Assembly: GCA_021772635.1 (NCBI GenBank)
Contig: JAJFLP010000113.1
Location: forward strand, 813-64,812
Source of the DNA: Verrucomicrobiota bacterium
Lineage (GTDB): Bacteria > Verrucomicrobiota > Lentisphaeria > JABSQK01 > JAJFLO01
DNA: 64,000 nucleotides
Direction of reading: 5' to 3'
The position numbers were made by a program, and so were the translations under genes. Shown here one piece after another: positions 20,082 through 28,156 of the stretch (positions are counted from its first letter, which is position 1; every line of letters begins with the position of its first letter). The notes under the pieces are model-generated. The model was not told the DNA's origin, ran no database searches, and saw only the letters and a program-made list of their open reading frames with translations.

Positions 20082-20091
20082 CCCCCCCCCC
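20082..20091. repeat. Homopolymeric C10 tract
   Basis: Ten consecutive C, about 95 nt upstream of the ATG of the secreted-protein gene at 20187. Confidence 0.9.
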
Positions 20092-20186
20092 GGACGCCGA
20101 GCCCTTCTCGCATTGTTCAGCTGGAATAATGAATTTTTGCGCTGGCATTTTAGCCGGCGGACCAAATCACAAGGATACCCACCACC

Positions 20187-21596
20187 ATGAAACAATCATT
20201 AAATTGGATGCCCATCTGTCTTCTTTTTATTACCGTAACTCTCTCATCAATTGCACAGAATAGTCATTCCCAGGAGGGGTTTCCTCAGGAAATTCACGAT
20301 CTCAAAATACTCATTCATGACCTGAAATCTCAGCACACGAAGGAAACCAACGCGCTTCGCGAAGAGATTCAATCGCTGCGAAGGGCGTATGACCGGGGCA
20401 TCAACGAATTGGCTAAGAAAGTTACAAGATTGGAAGCCACAGATCAGTCGCGTGCCAGTGTGTCAGAATCGCATGCCTACACAGATCACAATGACAGCTC
20501 AGAACCTACAATTGAAGTCATTCTGAATGGGAAGTTTTCCGACTTCTCAGAAAGAGATTCTGAATTACCAGGATTCGGTATTGGCGAGGAAGGTAAACGC
20601 GGTCGGGAGAGCCTCGCGATCGATGAATCGGAACTGATCTTCTCAACGAATATCGATGATTTTTTCTACGGAGGCGTAACTGTCGCCGTCGCCCGCGAAG
20701 ACGGCGAGGACATTATCGAACTTGAAGAAGCCTATATTCAAACTCTCCCGGGATTTGGGTTGCCAGCTGGCATGACTCTGAAAGCCGGGCGGGCGCTGTG
20801 GAAGTTGGGCTACCTGAACGAGCACCACACTCATGAGGATGCGTTCGCAGACCGTCCCCTGCCATATCGTGCCTACCTGAATAAATCGTTCAACGACGAT
20901 GGCATTGAGGCCAGTTACCTGTTGTCCACAGACTTTTACGCCGAAATTGGCGGCGGCGCATTCCGTGGCGAAGAATTTCCCGGAGGAAGTCCAACAGGGT
21001 CGTCGCCCCAGAGCTATTCGGCATTCGTTCGAGTCGGCAGTGGTATCGGGGACAATCAGTCGTGGCAAATCGGCGGACATTGGCTAGGTTCAGAATCGGG
21101 AGAACGCCTAACAAACGAAGATATGGTTTCGTTCATTGGTGACAGTGATCTCGCCTCCGCAAACCTTAGCTATGCCTGGATTCCAACCGGAAACAGTAAT
21201 GAACGCGAAGTAACCCTCCGCGGCGAGATCTTCTGGCGAGGCGAAGACGGAAGTTACCAGGACCTCAGCCTGCCAACTGCAGTGGTCCCCTTTGATGGCG
21301 ATTCCAGCGGCTGGTATATGCAGGGTGTGTACAAGTTCCGTCCTAAATGGCGCATCGGCGCTCGATACAGCGAGTTACAATCATCGAATACGCCGAACGG
21401 GCTTGTCGGTAGTGCGCTTGACGCTCGCGGTCATAATCCAGAAAGTCTCTCAATCATGATCGATTGGACGAATAGCGAATTCAGTCGACTCCGGCTCCAA
21501 TACAACCACGAAGAACTGCGTCACGGTGCTGAAGACAACCAGCTTATTCTTCAATACATAGTCAATCTCGGCACAAAAGAAACCCATGAGCATTAA
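20187..21596 (+). CDS. Secreted protein with N-terminal signal peptide and coiled-coil, C-terminal porin-like beta-rich region
   Basis: Signal peptide MKQSLNWMPICLLFITVTLSSIAQ. SD aaggata. C-terminal aromatic-rich alternating pattern. Function unknown. Confidence 0.55.
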   Translation: MKQSLNWMPICLLFITVTLSSIAQNSHSQEGFPQEIHDLKILIHDLKSQHTKETNALREEIQSLRRAYDRGINELAKKVTRLEATDQSRASVSESHAYTDHNDSSEPTIEVILNGKFSDFSERDSELPGFGIGEEGKRGRESLAIDESELIFSTNIDDFFYGGVTVAVAREDGEDIIELEEAYIQTLPGFGLPAGMTLKAGRALWKLGYLNEHHTHEDAFADRPLPYRAYLNKSFNDDGIEASYLLSTDFYAEIGGGAFRGEEFPGGSPTGSSPQSYSAFVRVGSGIGDNQSWQIGGHWLGSESGERLTNEDMVSFIGDSDLASANLSYAWIPTGNSNEREVTLRGEIFWRGEDGSYQDLSLPTAVVPFDGDSSGWYMQGVYKFRPKWRIGARYSELQSSNTPNGLVGSALDARGHNPESLSIMIDWTNSEFSRLRLQYNHEELRHGAEDNQLILQYIVNLGTKETHEH

Positions 21597-21664
21597 ACCG
21601 ACCAATGGGTACTATCTCTGCCCATACCGCTACAGTTATATTGGAGAGTCGGAATCTACCGTAA

Positions 21665-21770
21665 TTATACTGAGCATCTTCGAGTTTTCGACCCGGCGTT
21701 CGGAGTCTCTTACGCAATCATTTTGAAGTCGGCCGAAAATTCTACTGCCTGGAGTATACCATTGGCGGCA
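21665..21770. repeat. Modular intergenic repeat
   Basis: ttatactgagcatcttcgagttttcgacccggcgttcggagtctcttacgcaatcattttgaagtc ... tactgcctggagtatacc. Confidence 0.8.
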
Positions 21771-21827
21771 ACCGCAAATGCGACATAGGTCAAGAACGCC
21801 GCGTTAAGCGCTCTGCCAGCATGAATG

Positions 21828-22754
21828 TTATTTCATGACCTTGTCGGAAAAGTCGGAAACCGCTTTCTTTAGATCATCAAAAATTCCGCCACTGGTTTCA
21901 TCGTTGAGCACCCGTTTTTCAGTTTTATCGATTAATCGATGTAGCACTTCATAGTCTTCTTCGATTTCACCGTACCCCAAAGCCTCGGCCATTTTCAGCT
22001 GATACCGAGCGTTCTCGATTAATTCCAAAATCTCTTGCCGGTTTTCTGTTCCTGCCTCACGACTGCGCTTTTGTGCTTGTCGCAGGAGGTGTTTTGCGTT
22101 GAGTGGCGGCAATGGTATGATATTTGTCTCTACTACCAACGTAGAAAGCGCCTGACTAAGTCCGTCTCTAGCGCTCTTGATTTCACCGCCATCTACCAAC
22201 GGCACAACACGCTTAATTGCTTGCGGATAACTCGCCATAGGGATATAAGTCATCGTAATTTTCATTTCGCTGACCAGGGGTTGCAGTAACCGCCGGGCTT
22301 TTTGCACATCCCCTTCCTTGAGTAATCTGATCGCCTCCCTCTTGGCGATTTCAATAGATTCAAGGTCAGTAAATATGTTGGATACCGAAACTTTGCTATT
22401 GATCGGTATCAAGTCCAATTCCGGATTCTTTGCCAGTAAGATCTCCAGCTTACCCACGATCTTCTCCAGCATTTTCATAGATTCCGCAGCATTGTTGTCA
22501 TCGAGGAGTTTCAAGGCTTTTCGCGTTTCTGAGATTGCCTCGATCGCTTCTTGAGAGATGCCCCCACGCTTGCCGTCAATGACAGCCCGATGCTCAGCAT
22601 CGACAGTACCGGAAATTGAATCTAGAGATCTCTGCTCTGATTCAGGCTTTACCATTATTGCCTCATCGTTTGTCTCTACTGTTTCAGCGTTGTTCATGAC
22701 CGCTGAGATAAAGAATAAGGATAGAGCCACCAAAAATAATCTTGATTCTTTCAT
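21828..22754 (-). CDS. YfdX-family periplasmic protein (putative)
   Basis: Signal peptide MKESRLFLVALSLFFISAV. Two-repeat architecture with alanine-rich helices resembling YfdX. AGGAGG SD before the ATG at 22754. The upstream ORF-track extension is discounted. Confidence 0.55.
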   Translation of the reverse strand: MKESRLFLVALSLFFISAVMNNAETVETNDEAIMVKPESEQRSLDSISGTVDAEHRAVIDGKRGGISQEAIEAISETRKALKLLDDNNAAESMKMLEKIVGKLEILLAKNPELDLIPINSKVSVSNIFTDLESIEIAKREAIRLLKEGDVQKARRLLQPLVSEMKITMTYIPMASYPQAIKRVVPLVDGGEIKSARDGLSQALSTLVVETNIIPLPPLNAKHLLRQAQKRSREAGTENRQEILELIENARYQLKMAEALGYGEIEEDYEVLHRLIDKTEKRVLNDETSGGIFDDLKKAVSDFSDKVMK

Positions 22755-22794
22755 GATGAGTACCTCCTTATAGTTTGCTATTTGATAGATTCGT

Positions 22795-22927
22795 TTATAC
22801 CGAACGCCTTCGAGTTTTCGACCCGGCGTTCTGCTGGCCAGCAGAATACCGGTTAAAAAAATCGTTCGATATCTCTTACGTACTTGGTTTGAAGTCATCC
22901 GAAAATTGAACTGCTTGCAGTATAATC
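22795..22927. repeat. Modular intergenic repeat (MITE end tataccgaacgccttcgagttttcga + ctgctggccagcag + ctgcttgcagtata)
   Basis: Same TIR sequence as the canonical copy at 46696-46954. Confidence 0.8.
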
Positions 22928-22947
22928 ATCCCGCCAGCCTGTGTTGA

Positions 22948-23439
22948 TCACGCCACGGAAACCGGGATACGCTTTCCTGTTTCTTTTTGTTTTGTTTTCG
23001 GTACTGACAACGTCAATACACCTTTCTTGTACTTCGCTTTGGCTTTGTCAGCCTGTGCATAATCCGGGAGCGGCAACGTCCGCTCAAAAAAACCGTAGGA
23101 ACATTCCACGCAGTGCGCCTTCTCGTCCTTCGTCTCGTGCGTCTTCTCGCCGCGTATTTTTAGATATCCATTCTCTATAGTTACATCGATATCTTTTTCA
23201 TTCATACCGGGGAGTTCCGCTTCGATCCTTATTTCTTTCCTTGTTTCGCTGACGTTTACTTTCGGGCTCAGCGAGCGAGACAAGTTCGACCGCATAAGGC
23301 CAAACTCTACGAAAGGATTCTCGAAGAATCGATCAAAATCTGAGGAAGCGTTTTCACGCGGACGTTGCGGTAAATGTGTTTCTTTTTCGTCAGCCCTTTC
23401 TTTTTTCCAATTAAAGGGCAAAAGATCACGGATCTTCAT
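22948..23439 (-). CDS. Hsp20/alpha-crystallin small heat-shock protein
   Basis: Alpha-crystallin domain (VNVSETRKEIRIEAELPGMNEKDIDVTIENGYLKIRGEK...GVLTLSVPK). AGGAGG SD before the ATG at 23439. Confidence 0.85.
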   Translation of the reverse strand: MKIRDLLPFNWKKERADEKETHLPQRPRENASSDFDRFFENPFVEFGLMRSNLSRSLSPKVNVSETRKEIRIEAELPGMNEKDIDVTIENGYLKIRGEKTHETKDEKAHCVECSYGFFERTLPLPDYAQADKAKAKYKKGVLTLSVPKTKQKETGKRIPVSVA

Positions 23440-23527
23440 GATAAATCCTCCTTTCACTAATTAAACATTTGGGGTTGAGATTTGTGAAACGGCGGCGGCA
23501 ACCTGTGTTGCCGCCGTCGTTTCGGTT

Positions 23528-23923
23528 TTATCCTACCTTCACCTCAATTCTTTTCGGCTTCGCAGACTCGCGTTTTGGTAATTCCAAGTTCAGAACACCA
23601 TTTTTTATCGACGCTTGAATTTTCTCTTCGTCAATGACTTCGGAAATATGAAACTGACGTTCATAATTTCCTGTCTCATATTCCGAATGTACCTTTTCGC
23701 AGGCTACGGTGTTGTCAGGAGCTACCCTTCCAAGAATACTGAGAACGCCGTCCTCCAATTTCACGTCTAACCCGTTTTTATCGACTCCAGGCATTTCGAC
23801 ATCAAGGTTGTAACTATCTTGAGTTTCCCAAATGTCGACTTTCGGCGTGAACGTATGTTGATTGACCGCTTGTGTTTGCTCTGAAAGTTGAGATTCTGAT
23901 TTTTGCATTGCTGTACCACTCAT
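23528..23923 (-). CDS. Hsp20/alpha-crystallin small heat-shock protein
   Basis: VDIWETQDSYNLDVEMPGVDKNGLDVKLEDGVLSILG...GVLNLELPK. AGGAGG SD before the ATG at 23923. Confidence 0.85.
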   Translation of the reverse strand: MSGTAMQKSESQLSEQTQAVNQHTFTPKVDIWETQDSYNLDVEMPGVDKNGLDVKLEDGVLSILGRVAPDNTVACEKVHSEYETGNYERQFHISEVIDEEKIQASIKNGVLNLELPKRESAKPKRIEVKVG

Positions 23924-23940
23924 TGTATTTCCTCCTTTCT

Positions 23941-24384
23941 TTAGTCGTTTCGTACTGTTACAGATATTCTTTTGGGCTTTTCCTCTGCCGCCAGCGCAAG
24001 CGAAATACTTAGTATCCCATTCTTGCATGATGCCGAAACCTTGTCGGAATCGACCCGGAATGGCAATGTCAGTTCTCGACGAAATTTCCCAGTTGAACGT
24101 TCACTGCGCTGATATGAATCTCCCTCCACCTTGGCTCGCCCGTGGCGTTCGCCAGAGATGGTAAGCTTATCCGGTTGCACTTCCAGCTCAATATCCTGCG
24201 GATCGACTCCCGGAACTTCAGCCGTGAGAAGGATCGAATTATCATTCTTCCATGCATTCAACTTTGGAAATGCCGCCGTGCTCGATCGCTCCCGGGGAGC
24301 CGACCCGAAAGAGCGGTCTAGCTCACCGAACAGCTGATTCAAGCCCGACAATTGATTGATTAAGCGTTTGTCTAACCAGTACAT
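23941..24384 (-). CDS. Hsp20/alpha-crystallin small heat-shock protein
   Basis: LTAEVPGVDPQDIELEVQPDKLTISGER...GILSISLA. AGGAGG SD before the ATG at 24384. Confidence 0.85.
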   Translation of the reverse strand: MYWLDKRLINQLSGLNQLFGELDRSFGSAPRERSSTAAFPKLNAWKNDNSILLTAEVPGVDPQDIELEVQPDKLTISGERHGRAKVEGDSYQRSERSTGKFRRELTLPFRVDSDKVSASCKNGILSISLALAAEEKPKRISVTVRND

Positions 24385-24690
24385 TGTTCTTGCCTCCTTT
24401 CGTTTGAGTTGAATTATGATTAACAAATTACGTCCACCGTGTTCGATTGCCGACATAGCCATATTGATGCCAATGATTGAATTTCTATTTATAACCAATT
24501 GCAAAAAATATATTTGCGGAATATGAAAAAGACGTTAGCGGTATTGAGTGCGTCTAAATGACACACTTGTCAGTGAGGCGGACTTCCTCCTGCTGTCACA
24601 GAGTCAGGGGACAAGAATCTTTCTCAAGAAACTCGGAAATCGGATGCCATAGATCCAGGTCTCTTCAAAAAGGTTAAATTAAGGAGAAGG

Positions 24691-24862
24691 CTAGCCTGAT
24701 TATTTCATGCGATTCGTCGCGAGAGTACTTAACTCGCTCATAATAGATCGATTAGAGAAAACTTGACGGCGAAAGTGAATATACATTTGCTGAGATGTAA
24801 AGTTGAGCTAATCGGCTTATTCGGGCAGAGATTAGGGCTTGTAGCAGAATACTGATGAATTA
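24691..24862. repeat. Copy 1 of an approx. 175-nt paralogous noncoding element (begins ctagcctga)
   Basis: Roughly 80% identical to 24986-25157. Lies in the 740-bp divergent intergenic region between the Hsp20 operon and the HMA gene. No conserved ORF. Confidence 0.7.
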
Positions 24863-24985
24863 TTCTGGTTAGCAGAACCGGGAAAATATAAAGGGTACCC
24901 CTTCAATCATACGGGCTTATTCTTGATGGCAGACGATATCGATGATATAATTGGAAATGCGAGTGAATCAGCTAAGAACAGTTCA

Positions 24986-25157
24986 CTAGCCTGAATAATT
25001 CACGCGATTCGTCGCGAGAGAACTTAACTCGTTCATAATAAAACGATTGGAGAAGGCGCCACGGTGAAAGTGTATTTTCATTCACTTAGATGTGAAGTCA
25101 AGCCAATCGGTTTATTTGAGCAGAGATTAGGGCTCGTAGCAGAATACTGGTGAATTA
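24986..25157. repeat. Copy 2 of the approx. 175-nt paralogous noncoding element
   Basis: See copy 1. Conserved segments are tcgtcgcgagag.acttaactcg.tcataat, agcagagattagggct.gtagcagaatactg.tgaatta. Confidence 0.7.
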
Positions 25158-25246
25158 ATCAGACAAGAAAGATAAAGCGTGTCATATCTTGAATTTAACA
25201 TATTGGCCGGAACAATCGCCAATTCAAAACGTCTTGGTTTAACATT

Positions 25247-25666
25247 ATGATTAGTAGAAATTATATTGTGCTTTTATCACTTCTGACAATTGTCCCGTTA
25301 ATCTCGGCTGGACCTTTCGAGAAACATCCTGAGGCCGCGGAGGACATTCGTGCGGTTACTGCGAAAGAACGGTTGACGTCTGAACCCGATGCTGTCGCGA
25401 TTTATGCAAAAGGAATGTGCTGTCCTTCGTGTGCTATCGGTGTACGAAAAAAGATTGTAAAACTCGAATTCGTTGACAGCAGCCGGTTTGTAAGTGGCGT
25501 GGAGCTGGACCCGAAGACGCAATTGGCAATGGTTGCGCTCAAGGCGGGACAAGCTCCCGACTCCGAAGCGCTTGCCCAGGCGATCGTCGATGCGGGTTAC
25601 GATCCGGTTCTTTTGTATATCCTTCGTGACGGGCAACTTCAGACGACTCCTCTCAATTCCCGTTAA
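25247..25666 (+). CDS. Secreted heavy-metal-associated (HMA) domain protein
   Basis: Signal peptide. GMCCPSCAIG metal-binding loop in a ferredoxin-like HMA context. Confidence 0.6.
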   Translation: MISRNYIVLLSLLTIVPLISAGPFEKHPEAAEDIRAVTAKERLTSEPDAVAIYAKGMCCPSCAIGVRKKIVKLEFVDSSRFVSGVELDPKTQLAMVALKAGQAPDSEALAQAIVDAGYDPVLLYILRDGQLQTTPLNSR

Positions 25667-25672
25667 TCCACA

Positions 25673-26497
25673 GTGACTTCAATTATCAGAGCACGGATCG
25701 GGATTGCCATTCTTCTTGTGGTCGTTAGTGCGGAAGCACGATGTGACCAGCCAATCTTCAATGAAATGCCGCGCTGGGATAACGGTTGGGGCTTTCAGAT
25801 TGTCCGCGAACTCCGAACCGAAAGAGATCTTCTCGACGGTGAAACAGTTGTTGGACGTGGATTCTCTGAAGACGTCGAAATTCTTCATCTGGAGGGGGTA
25901 TATACCTGGGATAAGTCCGTCCGGATGACCGTGAAAATTCCCTACGTCGTCGAAGCTAGGCGCGAACAGCTGGACTCCGGGATCAAGAGAGTTCAGCATG
26001 ATAATGGCATCGGCGACCTGACTTTAGCGATCCCGCTAAAACGATACATCAATGCTGACCAACGCAGTACTTCCTGGACTTTTGCTCCGCAATTCCGCAT
26101 CCCCCTAGCCGGAAACGACGAGTACGAGGTATACGACAACGAATGGGGTACCGGCGTATCCTTCGGCTACGAGACGGAAACGTATCGTTATGTAGCCGCT
26201 GTAGGCGTGACGGCATGGTCCTTCTTTGGTAATGAACCCTTCGAAGCCTCTGCAAGCATTAACCTCGGATTCAATATTCATCATGCGAGGTCATCCGGGC
26301 ACCTACTTTGGGAAAGCGACGTGCATTTCGAAGACGACGGATCCTTGACCATCGCCATCGGTCCGGCCTTCTACTGGCGTATGACGGATACTGTTCACAT
26401 CCGAGTTTCGTGGAAAGACGATGTCTCCGATCGCCAGGGTACCGTCGATCACGGAAACGGGGACGCGTTGACGGTAGGAATCGGTTTCGTATTCTGA
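25673..26497 (+). CDS. Putative outer-membrane beta-barrel protein
   Basis: Signal peptide MTSIIRARIGIAILLVVVSA. Alternating amphipathic strands. C-terminal ...GIGFVF with terminal Phe. Confidence 0.5.
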   Translation: MTSIIRARIGIAILLVVVSAEARCDQPIFNEMPRWDNGWGFQIVRELRTERDLLDGETVVGRGFSEDVEILHLEGVYTWDKSVRMTVKIPYVVEARREQLDSGIKRVQHDNGIGDLTLAIPLKRYINADQRSTSWTFAPQFRIPLAGNDEYEVYDNEWGTGVSFGYETETYRYVAAVGVTAWSFFGNEPFEASASINLGFNIHHARSSGHLLWESDVHFEDDGSLTIAIGPAFYWRMTDTVHIRVSWKDDVSDRQGTVDHGNGDALTVGIGFVF

Positions 26498-26629
26498 TGA
26501 TGACATCCCGGAGAAACCCAATGCCATTCAACCGAACGAGACTGCAAGCAGTCAATACTGATCGGTTTCGCCCGTTTCCAACGGGCGGCCCCTTCCTACA
26601 TCTTCAACTAAAAAATACGGAGTTTAACA

Positions 26630-27739
26630 GTGCCATTCGAAAAAGGGTCGATTTCATTCACCATCTGTACGATGCAACAAAAATTACCGGAGGACGCTAT
26701 TGGACGTTTCGAAGAGAAAAAGGGGTACTCTCTCGACACGGTTCTTGACGAACCACAAATTGGGTGGGTAAGTGGTCGCCATCTCCTGGACACTCAAATC
26801 GACGAACTCACAGCCTACGTCGCCGGCTATCTCAAAATGACCTTGCGTAGTGCTGTCAGAAAGATTCCGCCGTCATTTTTTAAGGCAGAATACCAGCAGG
26901 AGGAATTGGCTGAGATGCAGGCGACGAATTCGTTTTTTCTGTCGAGAAAGCAAGTAAAAGAGATCAAGGAATCGATAAAAGAAAGACTGTTAAAAGAGAT
27001 GCCTCCGGCTTTAAGCGGTACTACTTTCGTCGTTGACTCGAATTCCGACATCATGTATTTGGGCGCCGGTTCCTGCACAGAGATCGATAAATTTCTAAGT
27101 GTATTTCACGAGACTATCGGCTTCGAACCGATTCCTCTCACAGCGGAGACTTCAGCCGAATTTCTTTTTCGGATCGACCCGGATACCCTGCCACGCCTTG
27201 ACTTTACTGAAAGTTCCTCGAAAACACATGATGTTGATACATCATTTGGCCGGGACTTTTTGACTTGGATCTGGTTTTTCCAGGAAGTCCGGGGCGGTAC
27301 GTTCGATGTGAGTAACATCGGAGAATTCGGCCTTTCAGTTCAAGGCCCCCTCACCTTTTCTGAGGAAGGCGTTGGCGCACAAGAGACGGTCGTCCGACGA
27401 GGGCTACCTACATTAAGCGGGGAAGCTAGGCTCGCCTTGCTCAGTGGTAAAAAGCTGACGCGGGCGAGAATTCTATTGGTTAAAGACGATGAAACGTGGG
27501 AATTCACCCTCGATGCCGACAATTTTATATTTAAAAGTGTAAAGCTCCCGCAGATTGAACCTCTTGACCCGATAAGCCACTTCCAGGAACGTATCAAATA
27601 TCTAGGACTCTTTAGACAGGCATTCCTCAGCCTATTCCGAGATTACTTGGCGTTAGTCCAGGATAAAGGTCGATTCGAAGAGCTGTCTCAGGATGTCATT
27701 CGTTGGGCGAAAGAGGAAGCAAGTAAAGATGGCAGTTAA
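26630..27739 (+). CDS. rdgC: RdgC-like recombination-associated protein
   Basis: Collinear similarity to RdgC (MPFEK.. vs MLWFKN.., GWV, IMYLGAGS vs IMVDCAS, C-terminal region), 369 aa. Confidence 0.55.
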   Translation: MPFEKGSISFTICTMQQKLPEDAIGRFEEKKGYSLDTVLDEPQIGWVSGRHLLDTQIDELTAYVAGYLKMTLRSAVRKIPPSFFKAEYQQEELAEMQATNSFFLSRKQVKEIKESIKERLLKEMPPALSGTTFVVDSNSDIMYLGAGSCTEIDKFLSVFHETIGFEPIPLTAETSAEFLFRIDPDTLPRLDFTESSSKTHDVDTSFGRDFLTWIWFFQEVRGGTFDVSNIGEFGLSVQGPLTFSEEGVGAQETVVRRGLPTLSGEARLALLSGKKLTRARILLVKDDETWEFTLDADNFIFKSVKLPQIEPLDPISHFQERIKYLGLFRQAFLSLFRDYLALVQDKGRFEELSQDVIRWAKEEASKDGS

Positions 27740-27892
27740 GCTGGACCTATACTGCAAGCAGTAGAACTTTGCTCCGGACTGCACGAGGTCAGGAAGTTCT
27801 GTGTGGATACTGGGGATTTGCGTTCGTAGATTCTGTATACCGAAAATTATGGAATTTTCGACCAAGCGTCGGCTAAGGCGGGACATGATGCC

Positions 27893-27990
27893 GGGTAAAA
27901 ATATACCGTTCGGAAATTCTTGGCTGATAAATTCGAAGCTATCCAAAAATTGTACTGTATGCAGTATATTTCCTGACGCCAGTAATTCAA
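27893..27990. repeat. Modular repeat fragment (ataccgttcgg...ataaattcgaagc...aaaaattgtactgtatgcagtata)
   Basis: Matches modules of the 2337-2432 copy. A short palindrome copy also occurs at 27751-27768. Confidence 0.7.
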
Positions 27991-28156
27991 CGTCCCCAGC
28001 CCGGGTCGCCTTACAGAAAACCGCCGTCACGAACCTGACGCGCACACGAACCGCAGAAGTGGATGTAACGCATTCCTCGAAACCCTTCGATTGCGAAATA
28101 GAGGACGCCGCTTTAATCTTAATACTCTCTCAAATCACGTCGAAATCTAAGTTTTT

